NCBI GenBank assembly: GCA_964417845.1
Contig: CAYQJN010000003.1
Span: 1-49,803, forward strand
DNA: 49,803 nucleotides
DNA from: an uncultured Isosphaeraceae bacterium
Lineage (GTDB): Bacteria > Planctomycetota > Phycisphaerae > Phycisphaerales > SM1A02
Direction: 5' to 3'
Below are positions 36,274 to 45,166 of the stretch, in pieces. Position 1 is the first letter of the stretch, and each line of letters opens with the position of its first letter. Made by a program: the position numbers and the translations under genes. A model generated the notes under the pieces. That model was not told the DNA's origin. It saw only the letters and a program-made list of their open reading frames with translations, and did no database searches.

Positions 36274-38178
36274 ATGCACACGCTCCTTCTGGCCGTCATG
36301 GTGTCTGTCGCGGGGACCTCATCACCGAGGCTCTTGACGGACCGAGAGGGGGCGTTGGCGCCACCGGTCCCGACTGAGGACGATGCGTTTCTGTTTGCCG
36401 TGTACGGCGATCGGACTGGCGGGCCCGCCGAGGGGATCGCGGTGTTGAAACAGGCCGTCTGGGACACCAATCGATTTGACCCCGACCTTGTCATGACGGT
36501 GGGGGATCTGATTCAGGGATACAACACGCGGCCGGAGTGGCTCTCCCAGATGACGGAGTACCGCACCGTGATGGAGGCGCTCGATTGTCCGTGGTTTCCG
36601 GTGGCAGGGAATCACGACATCTACTGGAGAGGACCGGGGCGTCCTGCAGAGGAACATGAAGTGGACTACGAGTCCTTCTTCGGCCCGCTGTGGTATGCGT
36701 TCGATCACAAGGGTTGTCGGTTCATTGTGCTGTACACCGATGAGGGGGATCCATCAACGGGTGTCAGGTCCTTCTCACAACCGGATTCCCAGCGAATGAG
36801 TGCGGCGCAGCGTGCGTGGCTTTCAGAAACTCTGGCGTCGGCGTCTGACAAACGGCACGTGTTTGTGTTCTGCCACCATCCACGATGGCGTGGCGGTGGA
36901 TATGGGGATGACTGGGAGTCGGTGCACCAGATGCTCAAGGACGCCGGCAATGTCTCAGCCGTGTTTGCTGGGCACGTCCACAGAATGGAACACGATGGCT
37001 CGCGCGACGGCATTGAGTATCTGACGCTGGCGACCGTGGGAGGCCACATCCCGGCCAATGCAGCACCAACCGGCCATCTCCACCACGTGAGTTACGTCAT
37101 GGTGCGGGATGATGGGATCGCAATGGCGACGGTCGGGGTAGGGGATGTCGTCGATCCGAGGGCCATGACGGTGTCCCATCGGGACATGGTGGAGGCACTG
37201 ATGAGTTCGGCACCGGCGTTCAAGGCCGAGGTGGGTGTAGACGCGGACGGCGCGGTGGAGGCGAGGATTCCGGTGGTGGTGTCCAATCCGAGTGACGTGC
37301 CGGTGACGTGGACGATGGCGGTTGAGGATGGCGATGGTCGGTGGCGTGTGCGGCCCGATCATGCGCACGAGCGGCTGGAGCCCGGGGCGCGTGTGACGAT
37401 TCCGTTCGAGTTGACCCATCCAGGACCACTCGACGCTGCGTGGCGGCCCCCTTCGCTGGTCTCTCGTGCGGTCTTCAGGGACTCAGCGGGGGGCTGGGAC
37501 GTCCCGGGGATTGATCGCCCGCTGAAGGTCACGCCGGAATCGTTGACTCCCGGTGTTGGTGACGGATTCCTGCGATTGGGGGGAGGGGGAGACGCGGCCA
37601 TCGTGGAATCGGCGGCGATCGGGCTGGACGCGGACAGCAGCCTCACCCTGGAAGGACGGATTCGCCCGGATAGCGCCGGGCAGGATGCAGGTGTGATCGC
37701 GAAGACGGAGCAGTCGGAGTACGGGCTCTTTCTGGAAGAGGGTCGACCGGTTTTCTATGTGTTTCTTGGAGACGGGTATGTGCGTGCGGCGTCACCTCGA
37801 CCTGTACCGGCGGGTGCTTGGACGCATGTCGCTGGCGTGTATGACACCGATGCCGGCGAAGTGCGTCTGATCGTTGACGGAGCACAGGTCGCGGTCGAGC
37901 CTGGGACTGGTACCAGACGACTCAATGACCTGCCCCTGATCATCGGAGGCGATGTGGGGGGAGACGGTAAACCGTCCAGGACTTTCTCCGGCGATCTCGA
38001 TGAGATTCGCCTCTCTCGTGGGTTGGGCCCCGGCCGAGCGCCAGCCACCGCTGCAGCATCCGACACGTTGCTGCTGATGGAGTTCAACGAACCTCGAGGG
38101 CCCTTTGTGGTGGATTCATCTTCCGCCGGAGCGCATGGTGTTCTGGCAGGCGGTGCGTCGATCACTCCATCGAAATGA
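36274..38178 (+). CDS. Secreted calcineurin-like metallophosphoesterase fused to a C-terminal LamG/concanavalin-like domain
   Basis: Signal peptide MHTLLLAVMVSVAG. MPE motifs FAVYGDRTGG, VGDLIQGY, VAGNHDIY, VFCHHP, GHVHR. C-terminal LTLEGRIRP..GLFLEEGRPVFYV..WTHVAGVYD..RLIVDG..FSGDLDEIRLS. Confidence 0.82.
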   Translation: MHTLLLAVMVSVAGTSSPRLLTDREGALAPPVPTEDDAFLFAVYGDRTGGPAEGIAVLKQAVWDTNRFDPDLVMTVGDLIQGYNTRPEWLSQMTEYRTVMEALDCPWFPVAGNHDIYWRGPGRPAEEHEVDYESFFGPLWYAFDHKGCRFIVLYTDEGDPSTGVRSFSQPDSQRMSAAQRAWLSETLASASDKRHVFVFCHHPRWRGGGYGDDWESVHQMLKDAGNVSAVFAGHVHRMEHDGSRDGIEYLTLATVGGHIPANAAPTGHLHHVSYVMVRDDGIAMATVGVGDVVDPRAMTVSHRDMVEALMSSAPAFKAEVGVDADGAVEARIPVVVSNPSDVPVTWTMAVEDGDGRWRVRPDHAHERLEPGARVTIPFELTHPGPLDAAWRPPSLVSRAVFRDSAGGWDVPGIDRPLKVTPESLTPGVGDGFLRLGGGGDAAIVESAAIGLDADSSLTLEGRIRPDSAGQDAGVIAKTEQSEYGLFLEEGRPVFYVFLGDGYVRAASPRPVPAGAWTHVAGVYDTDAGEVRLIVDGAQVAVEPGTGTRRLNDLPLIIGGDVGGDGKPSRTFSGDLDEIRLSRGLGPGRAPATAAASDTLLLMEFNEPRGPFVVDSSSAGAHGVLAGGASITPSK

Positions 38179-38668
38179 ATCCGGTGTCGGCCTCGATGCT
38201 GATGGTGCGCGAGGCATCGCCGGATGAAATGGTCATCTGCGATGCGGGGCCGCCAGGTGTCTCCAGACCTCCGAGCGGGTCGTACACGATCACCTGACCC
38301 CGTGGTGCCACGAGGGTCTGCTCGCTCATGAGGGCTCGTCCTTCCCCAAGTCGAACGTGCAGCGACCGCGGAGTCGCGGTGGTATCGACGGCGTCGAAGA
38401 GTGGGACTGAAGGCGCGTCCGCGTCGACGATCTTCCATCCCCGACCGTCCATGTCGATGGCGAGCCCGATCCGCTGCGAGGGTCGAGACAGCGCGAGCAT
38501 TTGCGTGTGCTCCAGATCAGAAGTCACCAGATGCGCCGTTGACTCGGCTCGCATGGCGTCCTGATCCGTGGCACCAAGTGGAACCAGCAGGCCACCAAGG
38601 ACACCGAGAATGGCCACCACCATCAATAACTCGATCAGGGACATACCTCGTCGATGGCGCTTCATCAT
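38162..38668 (-). CDS. GspH/FimT-like pseudopilin (prepilin-type N-terminal cleavage/methylation domain)
   Basis: MMKRHRRG|MSLIELLMVVAILGVLGGLLVP with Glu at +5. Followed by AHLVTSDLEHTQMLALSR, typical of the GspH fold. 4-nt overlap with the upstream gene. Confidence 0.75.
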   Translation of the reverse strand: MMKRHRRGMSLIELLMVVAILGVLGGLLVPLGATDQDAMRAESTAHLVTSDLEHTQMLALSRPSQRIGLAIDMDGRGWKIVDADAPSVPLFDAVDTTATPRSLHVRLGEGRALMSEQTLVAPRGQVIVYDPLGGLETPGGPASQMTISSGDASRTISIEADTGFISME

Positions 38669-40182
38669 GGCGTGGCACCCGCATCAACCGCTGCCAGGGC
38701 GGCGCCTTCCCAGCGATCGACATCACCTCCGCAACGCATCATGGAGGTCTCCACGGGGTATGGGCGGGAGACCCACCATCCGTCCGTCGGAGCAGTCAGG
38801 CACTGGTCGGCGGGACGGGAAAGGAGCGCCTCAATGCGAGCGATCATCTCCGCCCGCCCCGTGGCGTCCAACCCATCTTCTCGCTGATCCATCAGGTCCA
38901 GGGCATCTGTGACCTCGGACAGGGCCGCGAGGCCGGTGCCGCTTGGGCTGGAGAGATCGAAATACATCCGAGCGCCGCTTCGAAGTTCAATGCTTCGACC
39001 AGCCAGGCGACCGGTGACGGTAGAGCGGTTGAGAGAGATCGAAGCGGTTGGCGATTGAACGATGGCTTGCACCAGACTGCGGTTGTCGAAGTCCCACTCC
39101 GATGGCGCTGCCCCTGACGGGCTCGAGAGCAGCACCTGATCCGGTGCGGTCCAATTGATGTGCCGTTGACGCCAGACACCGGAGCGTGGACTGGATTCCT
39201 GAGGTCCTCCGATGATCGCCTTGTCCAGCGAGACATCTCCGCTGACCACCAGCTTCAGGGTGGCTTCGCCGATCACCTCAATCACGCTGTCGCGTTCCAT
39301 GATCAGATCGCCGACGATCTGGACGGTTGAATCGCCCGCCACACGAACGATGGCACCTCGTTCGATGTGAAGGTCTCCCTCAATCGTGATGTCCTCCTGA
39401 ACCGTGGTTTCAGACCATCGAGGAAGGACTCGATCGCTGGGTTCAAAGTCATCATCAGTCGCGATGTCCGGACCGGCAGGCAGTGGCGTGGCGGTCAGGC
39501 CCAGCTCGCCCAGAGAGGTCGGCATCATCACGGGTGGGGCTCCCGTTGCCCAGGAAGTCTCACCCGGTGCAGTGTGCAGGCACAACGCTCCTTGCCGGAC
39601 GTCCCGTGATGAACGGCCCGTGAAGTGGGTTTCCCCCAGCGTGCCGATGGCCCGTGGTCCCTGACCGGATCCCCGCCAGGCCTGAATCCGAGAAGTGCCC
39701 CGAAGGGCGAGAAACTCTGTGGCGAAGGCGGCATAGCCGGACAGGTCTCCGCGTGATCGTTCGTCAAATGGATGGACGGTGGCGATGGCGGCGGCCGTCT
39801 GCTCCATCTCATTGACAGAGGCGATCGCCTCGATGCGCACCACCGTCGTGGCATCGGTCGGAGGAAGCGCCGTCTGCTCATCGAAAAGACGAACACTCAG
39901 CGTTCCATCACCGAGGGGGTGTGACTGGAGGATCCATCCGTCGGCGTGATCGGTCCGCCACGGGGCATCTGACTCCAGGATCGATGCGGCGAGTTCAAGT
40001 CCGCACTGTGCGGTCGCTCGCGCGGCCGCAGCACGGGTTGCATTGGCTGCGACGAGCGGGGCATTGTCTTGTGAGGCAAGCCATCCGATCGCCAGCGTCA
40101 TGGCGGTGGCCATGGCGATCAGCACCATGAGCAGCGCGACTCCTCTGCGCTGGGTGGGGCGGTGACGACATGTGGGAGTCAT
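38665..40182 (-). CDS. GspK-like minor pseudopilin with large beta-helix-like C-terminal body
   Basis: QRRG|VALLMVLIAMATAMTLAIGW has a pilin-like hydrophobic N-terminus without Glu+5, as in GspK. Repetitive short beta-strand stretch DITIEGDLHIERGAIVRVAGDSTVQIVGDLIMERDSVIEVIGEATLKLVVSGDVSL. Confidence 0.6.
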   Translation of the reverse strand: MTPTCRHRPTQRRGVALLMVLIAMATAMTLAIGWLASQDNAPLVAANATRAAAARATAQCGLELAASILESDAPWRTDHADGWILQSHPLGDGTLSVRLFDEQTALPPTDATTVVRIEAIASVNEMEQTAAAIATVHPFDERSRGDLSGYAAFATEFLALRGTSRIQAWRGSGQGPRAIGTLGETHFTGRSSRDVRQGALCLHTAPGETSWATGAPPVMMPTSLGELGLTATPLPAGPDIATDDDFEPSDRVLPRWSETTVQEDITIEGDLHIERGAIVRVAGDSTVQIVGDLIMERDSVIEVIGEATLKLVVSGDVSLDKAIIGGPQESSPRSGVWRQRHINWTAPDQVLLSSPSGAAPSEWDFDNRSLVQAIVQSPTASISLNRSTVTGRLAGRSIELRSGARMYFDLSSPSGTGLAALSEVTDALDLMDQREDGLDATGRAEMIARIEALLSRPADQCLTAPTDGWWVSRPYPVETSMMRCGGDVDRWEGAALAAVDAGATP

Positions 40183-40820
40183 CAGATCGATCCTCCATCT
40201 GGTGGTTGGTGCATGCGAATGGACTCACCGATGCAGTGCGTCACATCCTTGCTTCCAAGTGGAATCACATAGGTGGCATGGACGACGTGGGAGGCCATCG
40301 CCGACTCTCGTCGCTGCCGATCGGATGAAGATGGTTGGTCGGAGAAGGTCCATGTCGAGAGTCCGCTCACGAGTACGAGTGATGCCGGTTGAATTCCATG
40401 TATCGCCTCGAGCCGATCGAATTCCAACCACCAATCGATGCCAGCGGGGTCCTCATAGGGTTCTTCGAGCAGGCCCTCCGGATCGGCGATCCACGAGATG
40501 GCCAGTGTTCCACTCGTGCGGTCGAAGGAGACCCATCGGACTTCATCCGGGTCGACGACATCATTGCCGTCGGAATCTTCAAGCCATACGACAAGGCGGT
40601 GCTGTTCAAGGTCGATGAGACATCTGGATCGGGCGAGGTAGGACGACATCCGTGTCTGGGCCAGACCGGCTCTGAGCATGGATGATCTCGCATCGTGCTG
40701 GTCGATCATGCCCGAGCTGAGCGCGTTCATCATGGCAGTGATTCCCAGACCGATCACACCGGTGATCGAGACGGCGAGCATCACCTCGAGCAGTGTCATG
40801 CCTCGTCGATGAAGACGCAT
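40182..40820 (-). CDS. GspJ/PulJ-like pseudopilin (prepilin-type N-terminal domain)
   Basis: MRLHRRG|MTLLEVMLAVSITGVIGLGITAMM with Glu+5. ATG at 40820 (the track starts at GTG 40823). Shares one nt with the upstream stop and one with the downstream start. Confidence 0.7.
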   Translation of the reverse strand: MRLHRRGMTLLEVMLAVSITGVIGLGITAMMNALSSGMIDQHDARSSMLRAGLAQTRMSSYLARSRCLIDLEQHRLVVWLEDSDGNDVVDPDEVRWVSFDRTSGTLAISWIADPEGLLEEPYEDPAGIDWWLEFDRLEAIHGIQPASLVLVSGLSTWTFSDQPSSSDRQRRESAMASHVVHATYVIPLGSKDVTHCIGESIRMHQPPDGGSI

Positions 40821-41365
40821 CACGGCCCAGCCTCCACGAGTGTGTGGGGGACCGGAATGAATCGGACGATTCTGGTGATCGAGGCATCTGACGGGGATCG
40901 GGCTTCGACCGTGACTTCCACGCCGTCAATGGCTGTGGCGATCGGTGGGGCGATGAACTGCGTCCGACGCTCTGTGGACACCTGCAGCTGACACTGTTGG
41001 TAGGTCGGAGGGAGGAGCGGCAGGGTTGCCTCGCGGCCTGCCCGGAGCGATCCCGGTTGTTCAAGGTGACCGTTCCACCCTCCCTGACTGATGTCATCGG
41101 TGAAGTGCGAACGCCAGGCAAGGGCTGTTGCGAAGTCGGCGTCGTTGACCCCAGTGATGCGGGCCATCAGCATTTCTGCCGAGAGCGATGCGGCGATGGC
41201 CTGCTGGGCATGTTCGGACTGGGCGCGGCCCGCAGAGAGGGCGGACATGACCGCAGTCACGACGACGACAAGCACTGCGGTGGCGAGCAGGGTCTCGAGC
41301 AGCGTCAGTCCGTGGCGGCGTGGGACCATGGGCCGGCGGTGATGTGGTGAGAGCGCGGAATCCAT
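40820..41365 (-). CDS. GspI-like pseudopilin (prepilin-type N-terminal domain)
   Basis: ..RRHG|LTLLETLLATAVLVVVVTAVMSAL with Glu+5. ATG at 41365 (alternative at 41329). First gene of the four-gene minus-strand operon. Confidence 0.65.
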   Translation of the reverse strand: MDSALSPHHRRPMVPRRHGLTLLETLLATAVLVVVVTAVMSALSAGRAQSEHAQQAIAASLSAEMLMARITGVNDADFATALAWRSHFTDDISQGGWNGHLEQPGSLRAGREATLPLLPPTYQQCQLQVSTERRTQFIAPPIATAIDGVEVTVEARSPSDASITRIVRFIPVPHTLVEAGP

Positions 41366-41503
41366 CGTTCTCTAACGTCGGATCAAGGCCGCTGAGGGCC
41401 CAGCCCAATCGGTCGGATCTGTTCGATGCGGGAAGTTGAGGAATCGGGACAACCGGTACAGCCCGACCCGGCAAGGACGGGCGAGGTCGGAGATACTGCG
41501 CAC

Positions 41504-43132
41504 ATGCCGCCCCGGCTGACGCACTACACCGCGATGGAACTGCTCCGGGTCATCGGCCTGGCGGCTGCCATTCTCGCGGCGGTCACGGCCTTTGGCGCCG
41601 TCATCAAGCCATTGACGGGGGATGCGCCACTGTCGGCGTTGCAGGCGCTGAAATACGTGGGGCTCTCACTGGTTCCCATGATGCAGTACGCGATACCGTT
41701 CGCGGCCGGATTCGGCGCGACCATTGTGTTTCATCGCATGGCCACTGACAACGAGATCATGGCCATGGCGGTGGCGGGCCTGCGATATCGGACGATTCTG
41801 GCGCCAGTCATGGCATTGGGCCTCGTGCTGATTCTCCTCATGGCCATTCTGGTTCAGGTGGTCATTCCTCGGGTGTATGCCCTTATGGGACGCGTGATCG
41901 CAGGAGATGTCACCGCCCTGCTCGAGCACGCGGTGTCCGAGGGCTTGCCGGTGCAGTTTGGAGACATGGAGTTGTGGGCGGAGGCCATGGATGTACAACC
42001 CCATCCGCCCGGATCAGAGGCCGATGAACGCATCGTGCTCCGGCGGATGGTGGCCGCTCGGCTCGGGCCGCGGGGAAGCATCGAATCGGATGTGTCTGCG
42101 GCCGGTGCCGTGCTGGATCTCTACGAGCGTGAAGGAATCGTGCTCATTCGCATGGTGATGGACGATGCCGTGTCCTGGGAGCAGTCTGCAGGCAACCTCC
42201 GTGGGTTTCCCCGGCTTGAACCGACCCATGCGATTGCTGTTCCGCTTCCCGAGCGGACGGAGCCCATGGCGATGACCCGGGCTGAGCTGCGTGCCGTCTC
42301 AGCCGACCCGACGCGGTATCCGCCGATCGCCACCGCTTTTGACGTGCTGCAGGATGCGATGGAGCAGCGTGTTCAGCGCGCGTCCATGGCCGAAGCCATG
42401 CAGGGTGATGGCCAGGTCGACCTTCGCGCGGCTGACCGCAGCGGGCATGTCTGGCGGATTTCAGCCGGAGGGCTCAAGGGTGGTCGTTTGCAGTCGCCGC
42501 CCGGCGGCAAGGTGCAGATCGAAGAGTACGACGCAGCGGGGCGACCCCTGCGTGTGTTCACGCCCAAGAGGGCGACGGTTGATACAGAGGTCGGCGGTCT
42601 TGATGGTCGCGATCGAAGACTGGTCCTGGACCTGACAGATGTCACGGTGCAGGATCCGCCTGGCGCGCCGCGTGCGAATCACAGAGCGCACGTCATCATC
42701 GGCAATCTGGAGCCGTTTGACATTCCAGCGATGGAGGACGGCGCTGCGACGGAACACATCCTCGCTCAGGCCGCGGTGGCGGCAGAGACATCGAGGGACG
42801 TCCGAAAGGCGCTTCACCGATTCAATCAGGAAGTTGAGGATCTGCGAGGAGAAGTCATCAGCAGGCGTTGGCGTCGATGGGCCGTGGCGGCCACGGCGGG
42901 TCTGCTTCCGCTGCTCGGTGCCGTGCTGGCACTGACGCTTCGGGCGGCGCAACCGCTGACGATTTACATGGTGGCGTTTCTCCCGGCCCTTCTGAATCTG
43001 GTGCTGATCTCCAGCGGCACCACACTCATGCGGCAAGGCGAACTGGTCGAGGGATGGGCCGTGATGTGGAGTGGAAACGGAATTCTGATTGCCTTGACGG
43101 CAATCTCCTGGTGGAAACTCTCGAGGCACTGA
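41504..43132 (+). CDS. lptF: LptF/LptG (YjgP/YjgQ) family permease with enlarged periplasmic domain
   Basis: ORF trimmed to the ATG at 41504. Start is MPPRLTHYTAMELLRVIGLAAAILAAVTAF. Three N-terminal and three C-terminal TM segments flank about 300 hydrophilic residues. Followed 2 nt later by a second family member. Confidence 0.7.
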   Translation: MPPRLTHYTAMELLRVIGLAAAILAAVTAFGAVIKPLTGDAPLSALQALKYVGLSLVPMMQYAIPFAAGFGATIVFHRMATDNEIMAMAVAGLRYRTILAPVMALGLVLILLMAILVQVVIPRVYALMGRVIAGDVTALLEHAVSEGLPVQFGDMELWAEAMDVQPHPPGSEADERIVLRRMVAARLGPRGSIESDVSAAGAVLDLYEREGIVLIRMVMDDAVSWEQSAGNLRGFPRLEPTHAIAVPLPERTEPMAMTRAELRAVSADPTRYPPIATAFDVLQDAMEQRVQRASMAEAMQGDGQVDLRAADRSGHVWRISAGGLKGGRLQSPPGGKVQIEEYDAAGRPLRVFTPKRATVDTEVGGLDGRDRRLVLDLTDVTVQDPPGAPRANHRAHVIIGNLEPFDIPAMEDGAATEHILAQAAVAAETSRDVRKALHRFNQEVEDLRGEVISRRWRRWAVAATAGLLPLLGAVLALTLRAAQPLTIYMVAFLPALLNLVLISSGTTLMRQGELVEGWAVMWSGNGILIALTAISWWKLSRH

Positions 43133-43134
43133 CG

Positions 43135-44250
43135 ATGGCACGACTGGATCGAGACATCGCTGGTCGGTTTCTTCTCAACTTCGTACTGTTGTTTGGCGTT
43201 CTGTATCTCTTTGCGGCCACAATCGACGTGATTCTCAATCTGGATGAGTTCACGCGGTTGGCCGAACGCGAGGTTGGCGAGGAGGGATCGTGGGTTCGCA
43301 GCATGGCTGTCACGATCATGTATGCAGCGGACTACAACCTTCCACAGGTGTTTCAGTTCTACGCCTGGCTGTACGGGATTGTGGCGGTCGGAGCCGCAGC
43401 ATTTACGTTGGCTCAGATGAGTCGGTATCGGGAGTTGGTGGCCATTGTGGCCAGCGGAATGAGTCTCAGAAGAGTTGCGGCACCATTTCTTGCTGTCGGT
43501 GTGCTTCTCGGAGGACTTCAGGTGCTCAATCAGGAATTGGTGTTGCCCAAGGTGGCATCACTCCTCCTTCGCAAGCATGGGCATGCTGATCAGGAGTCCG
43601 TCGACGCATACCCGATTCGTTTCACATCCGATGCGGCAGGGACTCTGATTCAGGCCGCGAGTTTTGACCCATCTTCGAAGCGGCTGACGCGGCCAAGCTT
43701 CATCGAGCGGGACGCGCAAGGCCGTACGACGCGCCGGTGGTGGGGCAACGCGGCGACCTGGGATCCTCAGGAGGGGGGGTGGCATCTGGAGCAGGGACAG
43801 GTTGTCGGGATCCGTCCGGATGGGCGGGGCTCCAGCCGCGCTGAGGCAGCGGATCTCGTTCCTTCCGATCTCTCCCCTGTCCGGCTCACCATGCGGCGGT
43901 ACGAGCAGATGACCGGGTTGCTCTCACTTGGGCAGATCTCCGAGATGCTGGCATGGCCGGATTCCAAGGAGGCATCGGCCCTTCGGAGAAGCGCGACGAC
44001 TCGGTTTTCGATTGTCGTGCTGAACCTCCTCGTGTTGGCGGTGGGGCTTCCATTTTTCCTGGATCGACTTCCAGGTGATCTCTTTCCGCGGGCAGTGCGG
44101 TGCACGGTCGTCGTCCTGCCGCTGTACTTCACCGCGGCGGGGCTCATGCTCATCCCGATCCCCACGATCGGCCCGTTGGTCGGGGGGATCCTCCCCGTGC
44201 TGTTGGTGCTCCCGATCGCGTTGGCGCGGCTGGGCGGCCTTCGGACCTGA
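43135..44250 (+). CDS. lptG: LptF/LptG (YjgP/YjgQ) family permease
   Basis: ORF trimmed to the ATG at 43135. MARLDRDIAGRFLLNFVLLFGVLYLFAATIDVILNLDEF. 371 aa, with the 3+3 TM topology and central beta-jellyroll-sized loop. Confidence 0.75.
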   Translation: MARLDRDIAGRFLLNFVLLFGVLYLFAATIDVILNLDEFTRLAEREVGEEGSWVRSMAVTIMYAADYNLPQVFQFYAWLYGIVAVGAAAFTLAQMSRYRELVAIVASGMSLRRVAAPFLAVGVLLGGLQVLNQELVLPKVASLLLRKHGHADQESVDAYPIRFTSDAAGTLIQAASFDPSSKRLTRPSFIERDAQGRTTRRWWGNAATWDPQEGGWHLEQGQVVGIRPDGRGSSRAEAADLVPSDLSPVRLTMRRYEQMTGLLSLGQISEMLAWPDSKEASALRRSATTRFSIVVLNLLVLAVGLPFFLDRLPGDLFPRAVRCTVVVLPLYFTAAGLMLIPIPTIGPLVGGILPVLLVLPIALARLGGLRT

Positions 44251-44464
44251 CGATGTCGAGGGAATCGTATTCCCGGACCTACACGCGAAGTTGGCTGAGC
44301 GTTGAAGGGATCGGGTCGGCCGAGCCGAAGAAGGTTCGCCGACGTGGGGCACCCCCACGCCGATTCGGACCTGTGCGATCGACCACGCCGGGCCCGAGGG
44401 CAGGAGGCCCATCCGGCTGGTTGCCGGTGTCGCTGGAGAGGCGCGGTCGAGAGGTGCTCCGAGC

Positions 44465-44914
44465 ATGCGTGTTCAGACCACGAGATTCGGTGCGGTCGAA
44501 GTCGGTGATGATCGACTTCTGGAATTCCCGACAGGGCTTCTGGGATTCTCAAGTTTCACCCGATTCGCGCTGCTGCAGCCGGATGAAGAAGGCGTCTTCT
44601 ACTGGCTTCAGTCCGTGGATTCTGCGGATCTTGCCTTTGTCGTCACCGATCCGAGTCGGTGGTGTGAAGATTATGAGGCAACGATCCGCCGCGAGCACAT
44701 GGACATTCTCGAGTTGGAGCATGTGGATGATGCTCGCGTCTTCGTGATCGTCAACAAGTACGACGAGGCGTTGACCGCCAATCTTCAGGGGCCGCTGGTG
44801 ATCAACCTGCGGGCGCGCCGCGGGATGCAGATTGTGCTGTCAGATCAGCGATGGACGACGCGGTGGGAAATCGCGCGTCTTCAGCAACAGACGGCCGCTC
44901 GGGCAACCGCCTGA
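44465..44914 (+). CDS. fliW: Flagellar assembly factor FliW
   Basis: MRVQTTRFGAVEVGDDRLLEFPTGLLGFSSFTRFALL...FYWLQSVDSADLAFVVTDP...NLQGPLVIN. Directly upstream of csrA. Confidence 0.88.
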   Translation: MRVQTTRFGAVEVGDDRLLEFPTGLLGFSSFTRFALLQPDEEGVFYWLQSVDSADLAFVVTDPSRWCEDYEATIRREHMDILELEHVDDARVFVIVNKYDEALTANLQGPLVINLRARRGMQIVLSDQRWTTRWEIARLQQQTAARATA

Positions 44915-44940
44915 CCCACTACGAACGAAGGAGAATCGGC

Positions 44941-45156
44941 ATGCTCGTGCTGTCCCGGCGCCGAGATGAGAGCATCATCATCGGCGAAGACATTCAGGTG
45001 ACCGTTGTCGACATTCGGGGAGACAAGGTTCGGCTGGGGATTGACGCGCCATCGGCCGTCTGTGTTCATCGCAAGGAACTACGCGATGCGATCCGTCGTG
45101 AGAACGAGAATTCGTCGGACTTTCAGGAGCTTCCCGCGGTGCGGCGGCCAGCCTGA
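44941..45156 (+). CDS. csrA: Carbon storage regulator CsrA (FliW-partnered type with C-terminal extension)
   Basis: ORF trimmed to the ATG at 44941. MLVLSRRRDESIIIGEDIQVTVVDIRGDKVRLGIDAPSAVCVHRKEL. Confidence 0.92.
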   Translation: MLVLSRRRDESIIIGEDIQVTVVDIRGDKVRLGIDAPSAVCVHRKELRDAIRRENENSSDFQELPAVRRPA

Positions 45157-45166
45157 ATCGTTGCGT

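Noticed and set aside
44260-44274. Small hairpin GGGAAT-cgt-ATTCCC after lptG, and GTGGGG-ca-CCCCAC further downstream in the fliW leader.
   Set aside because: The stems are only 6 bp with no U-tract. That is too weak to call as terminators or CsrA sites without folding energetics or conservation.
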